Of a stretch of 64,000 nucleotides of DNA, positions 1-14,922 are shown piece by piece. The notes under the pieces are model-generated. The model was not told where the DNA came from and ran no database searches. It saw only the letters and a program-made list of their open reading frames with translations. Every line of letters starts with the position of its first letter. Within the stretch, counting starts at the first letter, position 1. This DNA comes from Podarcis bocagei (Eukaryota), in NCBI GenBank assembly GCA_964188305.1, contig OZ076886.1; one strand, 5' to 3'. Made by a program: the position numbers and the translations under genes.

Positions 1-2509
1 CATGCAGTTACACAGTGGACATTATAAGTGTGTGATAACACAGTGGACAGTGTGGTTCTTGCAGCCAAATATATCCATGTACTGTAATAGGATTTATTTT
101 CTCTTCTGAAAAGAACCTAATTGCTGCATCTTCACTCTTTGTATGCATGTGCTTGCATGTGTGTTCCCAGAAGCTATAAGCCCATCCTTCTCCAACCCTC
201 CAAAAAGGCTGTTCCTCTAATTGGGATTTCAGTGGACATGCATGGTGGCAGTAGTGGAGGTGGCTCTGTGACACATACAATGGGGTGAAACCAGTTTGTT
301 AAAACTGCCATGCTCAGATCATGCAGGACAAACAAAGAATGATATTCATGCAGAGGGAAAGAGAGACAGGCAGGGGACCCACACCCATTTCCAGTTGGAA
401 ATATATGCCCACACAGACCATTAGGAATGGTGCCACACACCATTCTCTCTTTCCTATTAACCACCTGTATTCCAAAGTTCACTTCCTACATTACTTTTTA
501 AGCCTATTCTAAGGTCAATATCTTAAGTGGACAATCTTTCAGCCAACACATTTAGCTCTTTTGTTTAAACCAATATATATATTTCAGCTCTGCCCCTTGC
601 CTTTTGAATCTTATTCTAGGACACAATGATGCAGTGAAAGTAAACTATTTAACCGGTGGAAACCTGTGTCAGACTAGATCTAGAAACACCCCCCCCCCCA
701 GTTCCACTGTCTCTAGTCCTCCAAACCTCTTTTGCCTGCCCATTTCCTTTCAGACAAAATCCACAGTCCTAGCTCAGCTTTCTTCTTGTATCCTACTTTC
801 TTCAGTTCCATTCCATGTCTCCACCTACAAATTTTATTGCATTTTTTCAGTCCACTCTACTTTGCCCCACACTTTTTATTCATCCTGTCTCTTTTGGCTA
901 ACAGTCCTAGCACTCTCCTGCCCCAAACATACACCATACACCTGCATCTTGATCTTACACATTGTAGAATTTCTTCACTGCCGCCTCCTCCTTTTCTTTT
1001 TTGTCTCAACTCCCGTTGCTGCTTTTTCCTAGCTCACCTACCCTTCCTTCAGATTCCCTGCTTTCAGTCCATTTCCTACTCTGTACCATTCATTCTGCCT
1101 CCCTTCTTCTGAACACTTTATCACTAAGCTTCACTACAGGCCACTGTCAATTTACCCTCCCTCAGAAAAGCTGGACTTTAAGTAGCAATGTCCTTTCAGC
1201 AACTGAATATTTAGATCATTGTACCAAGTCAGCCAACCAGTATAGGAGGCATCACTGTGTCTGTGATGTGTGTCTGTTTCAATTTGATTTATATTTATTA
1301 TATATATGTCTGTTTCATTTTGAAGAAGTTTTCTCAACAGATTCCTCTTGAGATTTTGTTAAATATGTGAAACGGACGTACATGCAATCTTTCAAAATTA
1401 ATGTCTACCCTAATCTTAAGAGGAGTATCGGTGTGTGTTAGAAAAGTAAGACTGAAAGTGGCTCAGAGAAATAAAATTGAGGATTTCTCTTTGACTCACC
1501 GTCCACAACTGACTCTCAGGAAAAGGGATGTTAATATCCCTCTCAATACTCCTAAATGGGCTTGGGCTAATTTCCATAGTTATAATGATATTTTACTTCT
1601 TCTAAGGGATTGTTCTACCTCAACTGACCAAAGCAGAGATTGTCTGTGCAATGCTGAAAGTGTATGGAGAATCTTAATATCGCTGAGAGGACCTTAGGGT
1701 CAGTTCATGTGTGAGGAAATGTGTTTGCGTGTGTTGTGTTTAGGTGGTAAGTGGATACCCAGCTAAAGTTGTATGCATTAAGGGAAGGTTAAATGTGAAA
1801 AGTTTTGAGTGAATGGGCATGCCTGTGCATGCAGAATGAAGCTGGGGGTGCAGGGCTTTTCTGTACTTGTTCAGATAGCTATTGACAAGTGGGATTTTTA
1901 GGTCTTCTATTTGACTGCGCACACACTGCAAAAAGTATGTGCTTGGAGGTGATGCCAGATGATATGCAAAGTATCTGCAGTATTTCAACTGTGGTGGATG
2001 CTCCACCCATGCAAACTGTCATCAGGTATTGTATGTCATCAAGGAAGGCACTTGCATGTTGAATTCCCATCCCAAGTTTTCCCGCAGACAGGAACTGACA
2101 CTGGCCCTGGGTCAGAACCCAGCGACTTGCAGATACAGCTTTCTGTCTACCACCATATCCTTTTAGAAAGCCTATCCATACTGATGCAAGTCTTAGATTA
2201 AATGCAATCACCTCTTTAGAGATTGGCATCACCAAGGCTGCAGTATTACTATACCATATCCCTCAATCAATCAATGTTTATTATGGCAAACAGCCAGCAT
2301 ATATACCACATCCCTGCTATGGGGTTACTGGAAGCCACATGTGAATCTGAATAAAATAAGTGACACAATATGGGGTAAGTGGGGGGTCTAAAAGCGGAAG
2401 CTGCCCAGTAAACTGCAGGCATCTTTGGCTCAAAAGATCATGCAATGCGCCAAGAAGATGCTTTTGATTAATGTAAGGCACTTAGGCTTGAGAAAGTAAT
2501 CAAACCAAC

Positions 2510-2515
2510 CGGATC
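2510..2515 (-). CDS. CACNA1A: alternative microexon e31a orthologue (6 nt, GATCCG = Asp-Pro), IVS3-S4 linker
   Basis: ctctccatctcaatgtttgcatctag|GATCCG|gttggt, phase 0. It differs by one base from the mammalian NP exon as I recall it (AATCCG). UGC and YCAY motifs lie upstream. Confidence 0.8.
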
Positions 2516-2517
2516 CT

Positions 2518-2760
2518 AGATGCAAACATTGAGATGGAGAGGATCAGAGAAGGTCAGGGAAGGGTGGGTGTTTTAATACCGCAAGTTGAGTTCCAACCAG
2601 CAAACGGAGAAATGCAGAAGGCAGTGATTTCATTTTTGGTGATGGGAGAGGGATCAGGGCAGGGAAGTTCAGAAATATTCATTAGCATGGACACACAGAC
2701 CAGTTCATGGATGGACAGATGGATTTTTCATAGTGCATTTTGATTGGATGACATTTTCAG
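2518..2760 (-). promoter_or_regulatory. putative splicing-regulatory region upstream of e31a (NOVA YCAY cluster, UGC motif)
   Basis: Multiple CCAT/TCAT/TCAC motifs on the transcript strand (plus strand atggatggacagatgg, ggatga, gtgatgg) and a TGC just before the AG. Confidence 0.55.
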
Positions 2761-5451
2761 AGGGTGTTGCGCCAAAATAGAACAATATAAAGAGACAGCA
2801 TGGAAAGAAGACAAAAGACAAAGTCATTATATATCATACATAGCCCTGGGGAAGGAGACCCCTAGCCCACCCTTCTCCCACACTCACCCCTTTCACCTGT
2901 CTTTCTGGAATTTAGGGAATCCATGACTTTAGCATTCTGATCTTCCTAACCAAAATATCTACACGTTTGGCTTTACCTACAGGCTTCCAGCATAAACAAA
3001 ACTTTTGTTGACCCACCCATATTATTCTGGGAGGTAAGTGAGAGAGGGAAACTGAGGCACATATTGGAACAGGGACTTCCATGAGTCAGTGCTATTAATG
3101 AAAGTTACTTACCAACACAGTTCTTCAAAACCCATCTGTGAGGTCACTTCTTTGAGTCTGAGCACTATGTGTCCTTAGACTACCACCTTCTAAAATGTGA
3201 AACTTGTTGGAGTGACCTAATTTCCCCATCTTTCAGCGTGGTAAGTACTCAAAGAAATGCTATATGAACAAAGTTGCATAATACGAAGTTGCAGTGTTCA
3301 AAGAGTTTGGGCATTCAAAGCAAAGCCAGGTACAATTACAGGAAGGCCCCTTGTAATTCAAGCTACTTGTAGGTAACTTTCACTTGCTCTTAGAGCAGCC
3401 ATACAAATGGCCATCCAAGCATACTGGAAATGTGTGGAAGCCTAACTACTTGGAAAAGATCACCCATATACGAATAAGTGGCAGAACAAATGTACACCAC
3501 AGCTGTAGTAAAAAAGACAACCTAGCAACCACAGGGTTGAAATACCTACTGTGTTCTAAGCAGAACGTATGGGTTCATTTTAAATCTCCGTTGGGTGGTG
3601 GGAATTTAGATTGGGAATCCCACTTCCCATACAGGCCTTTCCCATATGGGACTGCTAATCTAATTATAAAAAAAACAACAACAGAAGCCTAAACTATGGA
3701 AGATCCTGATCATGAATCTCCTACATCAGGTCTAGCTTGGCCCCAAGATAAAAGACTGAAAAAAGGCATAATAACCCAAAATGGTATTGGTGGTTGTACA
3801 ACTTGCACTAAAGAAAGAGATCCATTCAGAATGTGGAGCACAATGAGGAGTTCATACCTATTTATACTGGAAGTTTTGCATTTTATCTCCTAACTGAAGT
3901 TCTGCCCTTGGATGGTGGTGGGAGATTTCCTGCACCTCTAGATGTCTTTTTATTGTGCATTTATGATTTGTACTCATGATTATGCTGGGGCAGCTACTCT
4001 GCTTTTGATACTGTTCACGCTTACAAAAAAATTGGGGCAGACATATTGCTTCGTTTCCAGTCTATCCATGTCCTGTAGTGTCTTGCCAAAATCCTGTAAC
4101 TTTTTATACCACAGCTGTTCAGGGGGTAGGGTGTTGGTCCCATTTTTGTTGTGTTATAGTGCAAGAGTGCCCCTCCAGAAAACACTGGGAAAGAATCGTA
4201 GAATAACTTTAAAAAAACAGAAGATGTGCGGCTGGTACAATATAAATCCACCACTAATGCACTATTAACGCATCAATGACATGTTGCAGAACACATATGC
4301 AACCCCCCCACCCACAGACTATTGGAGGGTAGGAACCGAGGCTGCTATGGAACCAAGTGGTTAGCGTCCTGAGCAGCAACACTCCACATTGCAACATTTT
4401 GCTTTGACAAGACACTTTGAAGGCCAGCACTAGCTTTTGCAATCCTCATTTGAAGTGTTCTCAGTACATAGCTAAACTGTTCAGTGTTTCCTGTGTAATG
4501 CCATTCCTTTGTCAAAGTAAATTTAAATAACCCTTTAGGTCAAACAGAAATGAATCACTATGCCATATTGAGAAATCTAGAAGAATGGGTGTTCTTTAAA
4601 CACCCTCATCACCTGTGAGGAAATGTGCATAAGCAATATATATGCTCCCTTGGTACACATACAGTGCACACACATGGGCATTTTGGAATAGTGTGCCATG
4701 CATGCATATTCTCTGGGAAAGACCTTTCCTGATAATTTTAGTAGTTCACATGTTTCTTGTTCTAGCCAAAGGCCATGACAGAATAATTTTAGTAAGAAAG
4801 AGTTTGCTGTGCTGTGTACTTCCCAAGACCAAGTATAAAGAAAATTATCACCATCAAAGCGTTCTGGACAAAATTGACAGAAGGATTTTGCAGTTACTGT
4901 AGGCAATTGGAAACAAGTCTCTCCATGCCTGGTTGTGCCATAAATACTTATGGAAGCTTTTCCAAGGTTAATGCCTCAGTTTCCCTGGTCTATTCCTGCT
5001 GGAAGCACATTGGCCTTTGAATGGGTGGGTTGTTCTGCCAATTCCCTGAATTTGTCATGGCTCTGTATCATTTCAGGATGTTCATTCAGATATCTTCCCC
5101 TGCTCCACATCTCACTGTGGGCTAAGCTACTTATGACATGGGAGATCTGTGATCAAATCTCCCTAAGCTCTTTTACTTTTCTTCAAAGCTACTTAAAGGG
5201 ACTCTTATTTTGACTAGGGAACCAGCATAAGGAAGCAATATTGGAGGAGAGAAATTCTCTCCATGCTGTTTCCTTGAGTGAAATTACCTCTCAGCTGGTT
5301 TTAGCCCAGCTGAGGCAAAAATACAAGTACAATATGGGCAATGTGCTTTTCCCAGTAGCTTAGAGGGAGAGACCTTTGTTTGAACAGGGAAACTTCACGG
5401 TGGTATGAAGGACTCACATGGAATTGATCCTTCAGTATGGCAGCACTGAGA

Positions 5452-5820
5452 GCCAGTGTAGTGAAGTGATTGGAGCAGCCTTTCTCAACCTTGGGTTCCC
5501 AGGTGTTGTTGGGCTACAACTTCCATCATTCCTAGCCAGCATGGTCAGGGGTCAGGGATGGTGGGAGTTGTAATTTAAGAACATCTGGGAACCCAAGGTT
5601 GATAAAGGCTGGGTCATTGTTGGACCAGGACCTGGGAGAACAGGGTTCAAATCTTCACTCGTCCATGAATTTCACTGGGTGACCCTGGGTCAGTTGCTGC
5701 CTCTTAACCTAGTCTACCTCACAGGATTGTTGAAGGGCATTAAATGAGGAAGGGGAAAATCATGTCTGCCAATTTGAGCTCCTTGGAGAAAAAGGTGGGA
5801 TAGAAATGCAATAAATAAAC
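5452..5820 (+). mobile_element. tRNA-derived SINE interrupted by a MITE
   Basis: A-box-like start, B-box-like ggttcaaatc, aataaataaa tail. Confidence 0.6.
5476..5611. mobile_element. palindromic hAT-like MITE
   Basis: TIRs cagcctttctcaaccttgggttccca and tgggaacccaaggttgataaaggctg; related copies near 11553-11643, 25510-25860, 46096-46235 and 62348-62480. Confidence 0.7.
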
Positions 5821-7136
5821 AACTTTCTGCCCATGAACATTAGGCAGGCACCTTTGTTGTATTTTTTTACTCTGCCTGCTAATAGCCTGTAATTTTAACA
5901 TGCAGCTTTCGCATGTAATTTTATTAAGGATTTTAAAATGGTTGATTTTATCTATATTTTGATTAAAAAAGTCAACTTGTTTGCTTTTATTGGCATTTTA
6001 AAATGATTTTTTTTGTAAGCTGCTTAGTGATTTTCTGCCAAGTGAATAATACATACATTTTGATAACTACATAAAGGTAAAAGAGGAATCCCCTTCATCT
6101 CAAATTAAAAACCCTCCCCACTCTCAGATGCAGCTTTGAAGAAAAAAGAGAGAAGATATTGGGAGATCTGGTCATGGGGCTTCCAAGTCATGCACAGTTT
6201 AGCCCCAAGGCATGCCTAGTATGTCCCTCTCCCAGCCACCTGTTACATTCTGAAGGCTGGATAAGGGTGAGAGGAAAAAATGAGGGAATGCTGATTGCAA
6301 GCCCCTTCTGCAGCTTGAATTCTGTTATAGAGGGATGTGCATGAGAAAAACTAATTCAGAGGATTTCTGCAGGGAGTTGGGCACCCCAGCTGCTGCCATG
6401 CCAAGCACAGCCTGCCAGCCCTTACACAATCTTCTTTGGAAGTCATGAGGACAAGCTCTGTTGTGTGATGGCATCTATTTGGATTAAGATTCACTCTCGT
6501 TGTTGCCTCTATAAAAAACTTCTGTAAAGTGGCTTTAGATTTGACCATGTATATCCCATTTTGGGCCACTCCACACATTACAGCAAAAGGAGGTACACAT
6601 TAAAGATTTACGGTGTACCTACTTTTAGTCTGATAAAATGCGTTTTACTTTCGACTGCAGTTACACTGAGAAAATCCAACATTTTGCAGATGATCATGGT
6701 TACCCTCTCCTTCCCCTGACACATATGTCTATGATATACACACAGGTGTAGACATGACCTAACATGCTATGGAATAGAAGTGAGTATATCAGTATTTCTA
6801 AATGTTTTAAAGGGGAGGTACACGTTTCTGAGTTAAAATGGGAAGTACACTGACTCATACACCCCTCATATGTTGAATTTTATTATGTGTAAGAGTAAAA
6901 ACTGCCTGCCTGCCTTCCTGCCAAGGAACCCGCCCTGTTGTGATCTCTGAGAGTCACTGTTTTGGCCAAGCTTCCTGACTGGAAGGAGAACAGCTTCCCA
7001 GAACAGTGACAAGTGCAGAGAGGTAACATGCAGCTTCCACCAAGGACATGTGTTTCTGCTGCATCTCTGCACTGAGGAGTGCTTGAATAATCCAATCACA
7101 CCAGATGGAGAGATGTGGTAGAATTATAGATTCTTA

Positions 7137-7336
7137 ACAGAAGCTGCTTGGAAAGAAGCAACACTGTTTGACAGTGGAACGGTCACCTTCAGGAGGTTGT
7201 GGACTCTCTCTCCCTGTAGGTTTTTAAGCAGAGGTTGGATGGCCATCTATCATGGATGCTCTAGTTGAGATTTCTGTATTGCAGGGGGTTGGACTAGATA
7301 ACCCTTGGGATCCCTTCCAAATCTATGATTCTATGA
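7137..7336 (+). mobile_element. CR1 LINE 3' fragment
   Basis: typical CR1 3' end with a tail of repeated ctatgatt. Confidence 0.75.
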
Positions 7337-8057
7337 ACACCTGAGTAATGAAGGATGGAGGGCTGAAGTGGGTAGCCTCCTCTGTTGTGGGCAGGAGCTT
7401 TGGGCTCACAGTAAGAAACTGAATCATTTCATTTCTGGAAGCATATCAGTGATACCCTTTTGGCACACTAGAATGCTCTGGCCCACTGGTTTGGAAATGA
7501 TTGTAGTAGTTACTAATTCTTTTAATTTGTGCATCCACACTGTAAAGTGCAAAGTGGCCCTTCGTACTCTATTGTTTCAGGTGATGGCAAATGCCATAAC
7601 GAAAGGATCCAGCATTTATAACTTATTACAAAGATTATGGGTTAATGCTGGTGTAAACAATACAATGGAGGGACTTTGGCATCTTTAAATCTGTAACTAT
7701 CTAATTTGAGAAATTCCCAATAAATACCAGTGTCAAGGCCTTAGAAGAAGCCTACACCTTTTGCTGAGCAACAGCAAGGATTGTCACATATTTTACTGAA
7801 GAGTTACTGAAAATGTGGGAGCGGCTGTTATGCACTTTTGAGAATCTGTTCTTGAAGAAGAAAGGGAACACTGCACTATGTTCATTGGCAGCCAATAAAT
7901 AATGTTTACTTGGGCCTTGTATTGCCATTCTCTGGATTCTCCTGCCCCTATCCTAGTTAAGGATGCAGTTCAATGGGATGAAAACCTCATGTTTCAGTTC
8001 TTGCTTCCCACTCCCTGCAGAATGCCTCCCACCCCCAGAATGCCATCCCCACCATCA

Positions 8058-8153
<96 letters not shown>

Positions 8154-9738
8154 CTATAAAGAAAGAACAAAACAAAGGACGAAAAGGAACAGCCACACAG
8201 CAGCAAACAGGTGACAACATTCAATCACGACGGAAGCAACAGCAACGAGAACAGAGAAATATCCACCTTTTCTATTCCCCCACCCTCCTGCCCCAGTCAG
8301 GTCCTGATTACCTTTTGGGTGCATTCCAGATCTTGTGATGGGGATTGCAAAACTAAACTAGCTAGGGGGCTTTTCTTTATGCATTTTGCCTCCTGAAATG
8401 GGGATAAAGTGGCAGGTCTTGTCGCCTTATGTCAGTGAAAACAGCTGAGCTCAAATTTTCAGAGGCCCATGGGATTTGTTTCCACTGGCCAGAAACAGAC
8501 CTCAGTGAGTGAGAGTAGGATGAGAGGGAAGGCTTGTTTTCTTTCAATATGCTCCCTGTGAATGCTTAAGGCAATGCAACTGCCCAGTGAGACCAAGGGC
8601 TGTGACACTCTCAAGCAAGGAGCAAGCAGTTGTACATCTTTCCCCTTCCTCAATTATTTGCATGGACAATCACAAGAACATCTATAAAAGTAAATACAAC
8701 ACACACAAGCCTCATAATAAGACTACACCTGGGGACTATTCCATTTTTCAGCTCGGCTTCTCTAAGGAGAGAATGCCAGTTGTCTCCAAAGCCTAACTAA
8801 GTAATGGCAGAGCTATTACTAAGCAAATTAATTCAGCTCATCAGTTACAGTGAATATCAAATAGTGTGGTTCAGGGTCAGGAATGAGTAAGTTCTTGAAA
8901 GAGTCCTTGCCAGCAATTTGGTCTAAATTGTTTTAATATTGTATTTTTATATTGTTGTAACTTGCCCTGGGACCTTGTGGTGAAGGGTGGGTAAATCTAA
9001 AATTGAATTAAATTAAAATTAAGACTATTATTTTTGGAGGGTCACTTTAAGATGAGTAGAGAACTTGGGAATGGCAGCTATCCATGGACCCTAAGCCCAG
9101 CACCTCAAAATGTTCTGCTACCCATTGCTATCTGCTACCATTCCATTGCTATAGACACTGGTCATTTAAACTCTTGTGTTTCCTCTGAGTTTAGCAACCA
9201 GGGATGCAGGCAGAGAGATTGCATGGCTTATTGGATTGTATTTGGCCCAAGTGTTGTCAGGTGCTGGCTTCTATGTTAGAAGAAAGCCTTCAGTAATCAG
9301 ATTTCCTAAAGCTGCTATTGTCACAATATTGCTTGTAACAATAAAACTTATTCACATGAACCTATGGTGTTTCTGTTTCCCTTTTAAGAGCGCTTAGAGA
9401 CCAACTTAGTTTCTGCTCTCAAGTTTGGCTGCTGAACATTAAAGTTTTCAAATGAGAGGTGAGATGTTTAGTTGGACCCCTTGGAATGGAACATTCATGT
9501 TGCAGAAGAAGCTAACAACTAACTGACCTTTGTATAGATTTATTGCTTTCTCACTCTCCTAGGAGGCCCCCTCTTTCTTTCTCTGACTACAACATTCAAG
9601 CCTGGACACTGCCCAAAAATACTCTTCTCTAAATCATGGGCGTAGCAAAAGTCAGAGTTTAACTAGAGTTGAATGTGAAGAATAAATAGCTTCCTGTACA
9701 GGAAGCCAAGAGTCCTAGCATGAGCAGCCCTGTTGCAA

Positions 9739-9814
9739 TGAAAAAAAACATCAAATTTAGACTTTAGCTTCTCTTGCAAGAGAAGCTAAAGTCTAAATTT
9801 GATGGTTTTTTTCA
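9739..9814. repeat. spacerless palindrome (perfect 28+28 bp at 9749-9804; 76 bp with one mismatch)
   Basis: catcaaatttagactttagcttctcttg|caagagaagctaaagtctaaatttgatg. Confidence 0.95.
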
Positions 9815-10148
9815 GACTCCTTTGTAAATGAGTCCGTTTATATCCATGGCCTCCAGCAGAAGTAGAGTTTGTTTCTGGAAGAGTGAGATGTTGTTACTTC
9901 CCATGCTTCCATAAGCAGTGTGATCTCTGAGGGCCCTGTGAGCTCTGTTAAGTCATGTAGAGGGACAGATGGGCAGGGTATAAATAATATTACTATCAAA
10001 TAAATTAAAATTTTCTTTAAAAACAACAACTAACCAAAGTGCAATATACGCCTTCCTGTTTCATGAGGAAGGGGGTCATATTCCTCCCACTCTGTAGTGG
10101 AGGCCTTCATGATTATTTCTCATGAAGTTTAGCAAGAGTGACACTTAC

Positions 10149-10259
10149 CAACAATCCAAAGGCGATGATTTTCAGAATGCACTCCAGTGAGAACAGGGAA
10201 GTGAAGACAATGTTGAACATCCTTAGTAGATGATCATATACAGGTGTGGCATTGTAGAA
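10149..10259 (-). CDS. CACNA1A: exon 30 (IVS2): [37 protein letters not shown]
   Basis: atag acceptor, gtaagt donor, 111 nt. Confidence 0.95.
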
Positions 10260-10602
10260 CTATTGAGGGGGTGGGATAGAGAGAGAAATAGAAAGAGAGA
10301 AAGCACAGTCATGAAGATGAATGTAGGGTTAGGATAGGGAAACTGGGGGAGCTGAAACAATGCTGCACTAGGCCAGGGTAAAAGTGAGACCCTCCCCAGT
10401 TAATACTATAAAAATCCAGATTAGTTGCTACTTCAGTGTCACAGCTATTCAACAGGGGTAATAACAGACCAATGAGATCAGCTCAATAGGAGCACAAATG
10501 ACTCTGAATAACAATGGGTTTGGACAATGTCCACTACGATGGTACTCAGACCTCTGTAGCTCAACTAGCTATACAGTATGCATCATACCCCCACGTTAGT
10601 CA

Positions 10603-11100
<498 letters not shown>

Positions 11101-12435
11101 TATATTCTTTCCTTCTGACTGGATCACTTTAGAGTCTGCTTTGACCAAAATGTTTGCTCTTCCCTCTAGTCCTTCCTTGTACTGACTCAAGACATTTAAT
11201 GTGGCCTTACTTTAGCACCAGTAGCAAAATGCCTGCTGTATATGACATTAATTTTGAAGGCAAGGTTGTGCACATCGGTATCTTAAGATGCCAGAAAACA
11301 TAATGTTGCAAGGTTGAAACACGCATCTATGTTGAAACATGCATCTAGGAAGATGCAAATACCCAATAAGTGCTTCTAAACCTAAGTCTCACCTAGGAAG
11401 CAGACGAATGTCTGCTTTCCTACATGAAGTTGGTCTAAGACATGAGTCTATGTACTCATGCCTTCAAAAAGCAATGTGGTAAATGGCCCTAAGGTTATTT
11501 CACTAAAATAAATGAAGCACAACTAATTATCACCTATGAAGTCTTCTGTCTGGCTGTCACCAACTTGGTCCTTCCCATGCTGGCTGGGGCTGATGGGAGT
11601 TGCAATCCAAAACATCTAGAGTGGGCCAGGCTGGTGAAGACTGCTTTAGTCCCATCCCAGCAGCATGACTTGGAAATCCTAACCTCAATGAGCTAAATAC
11701 TATTCAGTTCACCCAACCAGTTCAGTGAGGTCTGCTTTCTACAGGATCCTCAGAGGAATAATGATCATGCCTTACTTTAAAAATAAAAGAATCCCTCCCA
11801 ACTTCATTGGGGCTCTACCGTTGCATGGTGGAGCATCCGTCATAGGTTTCTGGGTTTTTTTGGGGTGGGGTATGTGGAATATTATGCTCAGTCATGGAAA
11901 ATTGTGACTGAATCAGGCTGAAGATAGGCGCTCCTACTTTCTTACTTCCTTGGGCTATTACTATTTGTAGAAGAAGGAAACAGAAAAAGGATTGTGCACC
12001 ACAAAACTAGGAGCAGAATCTAGTTCATGTTGCAAGGAGTGGAGGAAAAAACCAAATGATATCAAATGAACCTTAAACTATCACGAATTCCAGTTTCCTC
12101 CAACCTTATAGATGGCAGAAGTAGAGGATACATCAATAAAACTCTAAAGACTTCTAGTACATGGTGCATTGTCCCTTATGTGTACTTTTGTATGTGTGTG
12201 ATGGCGTTGCTTTTAAATCTCTGTGTTGGGTATTTTTAAAAGGATTTTCATGTTATTGTTAACTTCTTAGAATTTCTCAAGAGGAGGAGATGGATGCAGT
12301 TCAAAATGGGAATGAGCTTCTCGAGTATTCTATAACCAATCTGTTTTTGAAATCTGTTGACTTTTTGTCATTTAAGTTTCACTGCTACTAAACACAGATT
12401 CAGTTATCCACTGTCCCCACCCCCACCCCCTTTTA

Positions 12436-12972
<537 letters not shown>

Positions 12973-13519
12973 TCAGCTGTAATCACACCAAAGTGTCTGT
13001 AAAGTCTTTTGTAGCTTTTGAGATTCTCATCAGTGCGATGAATCTTACTAAGCTCAAGGTCTCAGATGGCAGCTGGCAAAATTCATAGCAAATGGGAAAG
13101 AGATGGATGGGAAGGCAGCACTTACCTCTTCCTCTTGGGTGCATAGAGGAAGAGGAAGATGCAGTCATTTGTTCTGGTTCTCTTTCCCATGTGGTTGTCA
13201 ATGCAAGCACTGGTACTTTTGAAATGGAGACACCTTCTAACAATTCTGTTTTTTTAATTAACAAAAATTATATTTACAAATCTGTAAGTCAACAAAACAA
13301 AACGTTAGACTTTCCAGAACCAGAGATTAGTCTGAAACATAAAACATTACATTCCAAACATTCTTCTGCAATTTCAAAACCATTTGTCTGTGCATGTATC
13401 TCTCAGAAATTCATGAACTCCATTTTGTTTGAAAATAGCTGGTATATGTATGCTTTGGGCTCTCTCATCTTAACATACTGTATTACCCCTACCATCCATC
13501 ACAGCAGTTCCCCAGATTG

Positions 13520-14600
13520 TTTTAAAAAAACAATTTTTATTAAATATTTTCTTAGTTTACAAAAGTACATTCATTGTCTCTTTTTTCAGGTTCTGTATTC
13601 TACAGATCAGATACGTTTGTTGTGAGACATTAGTGTTATATGCAGTAAGTTCCCCAGTTTGTTAATAGCCAGTTTTTAATCTTGGGGATTGCTGAATCTT
13701 TCCATTTTAAAGAAAGACCGGTCTTTGATGTAACTAATACATTGCCCACATTTTGTTCTTTGTAACAATTCTTCTAGGGCACTAGAAGCAACCCCTGCTA
13801 TTTGCACAATGCTGGATATAGGTGATTTTAAACTCTAGACGTTATCTTATGGAGGGGCAAGGCTTTTAGATGGTAACGTGTATTATTTCTCTGATTTTAA
13901 AATGTGGTTTAAAATATCTGGGGGCCCTTCTACTCATTCTTCTGAATTGAGCCCTGGACATCTGCCTCTAAATCTCGTACCAATGGCACTGCTATATTAA
14001 TGTGGGGTGTGGGCACTGGAGGTCTACGTTAAGCTGATCACAGTTATAGGTCACAAGAGAAATTGTTTCTCTGGCAAAGGGGTTATGTATAGGGCATTTT
14101 ACAGTGAATTTGATGCAACCTATGTTTTTAAGTTTTTCATGTTATCTACACATCATCATCCCAATGGCAGCCCCTCCCATTTAATTTGCATTTCCCAATC
14201 TATTGATAATGTAGTAATGGAGGTGGGAAATCTGGCATAAAATAGCATGTAACCCACTGAAGTGCATTGTGTGGCTGGTTTGTTGTTGTTTTAACATGGG
14301 TAAAGCTATTTTTCACAGTGCTATTTATTTCCACATCCCCTCTTCCCATTTGCTTGTTGTCTGAGTACAATCTAGCTATTTTATTTCAACAGTCCAAAGG
14401 AAAGGGAGCATGCCTAACTTCACCAGTTGTTGCTGGAGGCATGTCCACTTTAGTTTAATTTTCTAAAACAGCTGTTTTGTGTACAACCACTCTTGCACTA
14501 TTCCACAGACAAAACATTTTTTAAAATAAAAATGGGACTATGCACAGGTAAACAAATACCTATGTGCATGCCCACAATGGACCTTGGGTTTTCAGAAGGT
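13520..14600 (-). mobile_element. degraded L1/Tx1-like LINE 3' fragment
   Basis: T-rich start with tttatt and decayed coding-like sequence; judged by pattern recognition only. Confidence 0.35.
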
Positions 14601-14922
14601 AAAGTTCATGAATCACAAGCCCCAATCTTAATTACATTTTGCCTCATTTTTACATTCCTGTGCTTTCAGTGGCTTTTCATCAGCAGAAATAAAGAAACAT
14701 TTCATACAAATCCTTCTTCCCAGGATGGTGTTTTTATATGGCAAGGGCAAACTATGGCTGATAAGCCTGGACTTCTATGTGACAAAAGTGTCTTAGTGAT
14801 GAAGCTAATCCAAAAAGGCTAGACTAGTTATGTCTAGGGACCATTCTAGTTTCCAGCATCGGCCAACCAGATACCCAGCAGCCTAGCATAGTAACCGACA
14901 CTCATTTTCCTGAATCACTTAC

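Noticed and set aside
1-2509. Exon 32 (NNFINLSFLRLFRAARLIK)
   Set aside because: Not found. It presumably lies beyond the window start, as do exons 37a/b, the alpha1ACT IRES and the polyQ tract.
3113-3135. Possible 23-nt exon (cacag|...TTG|gtaagt) in intron 31
   Set aside because: Poor pyrimidine tract, frameshifting, and in old SINE-like sequence.
13120-13250. Strong donor GAG|gtaagt in intron 27
   Set aside because: No credible upstream acceptor; the sequence before the candidate AGs is A-rich.
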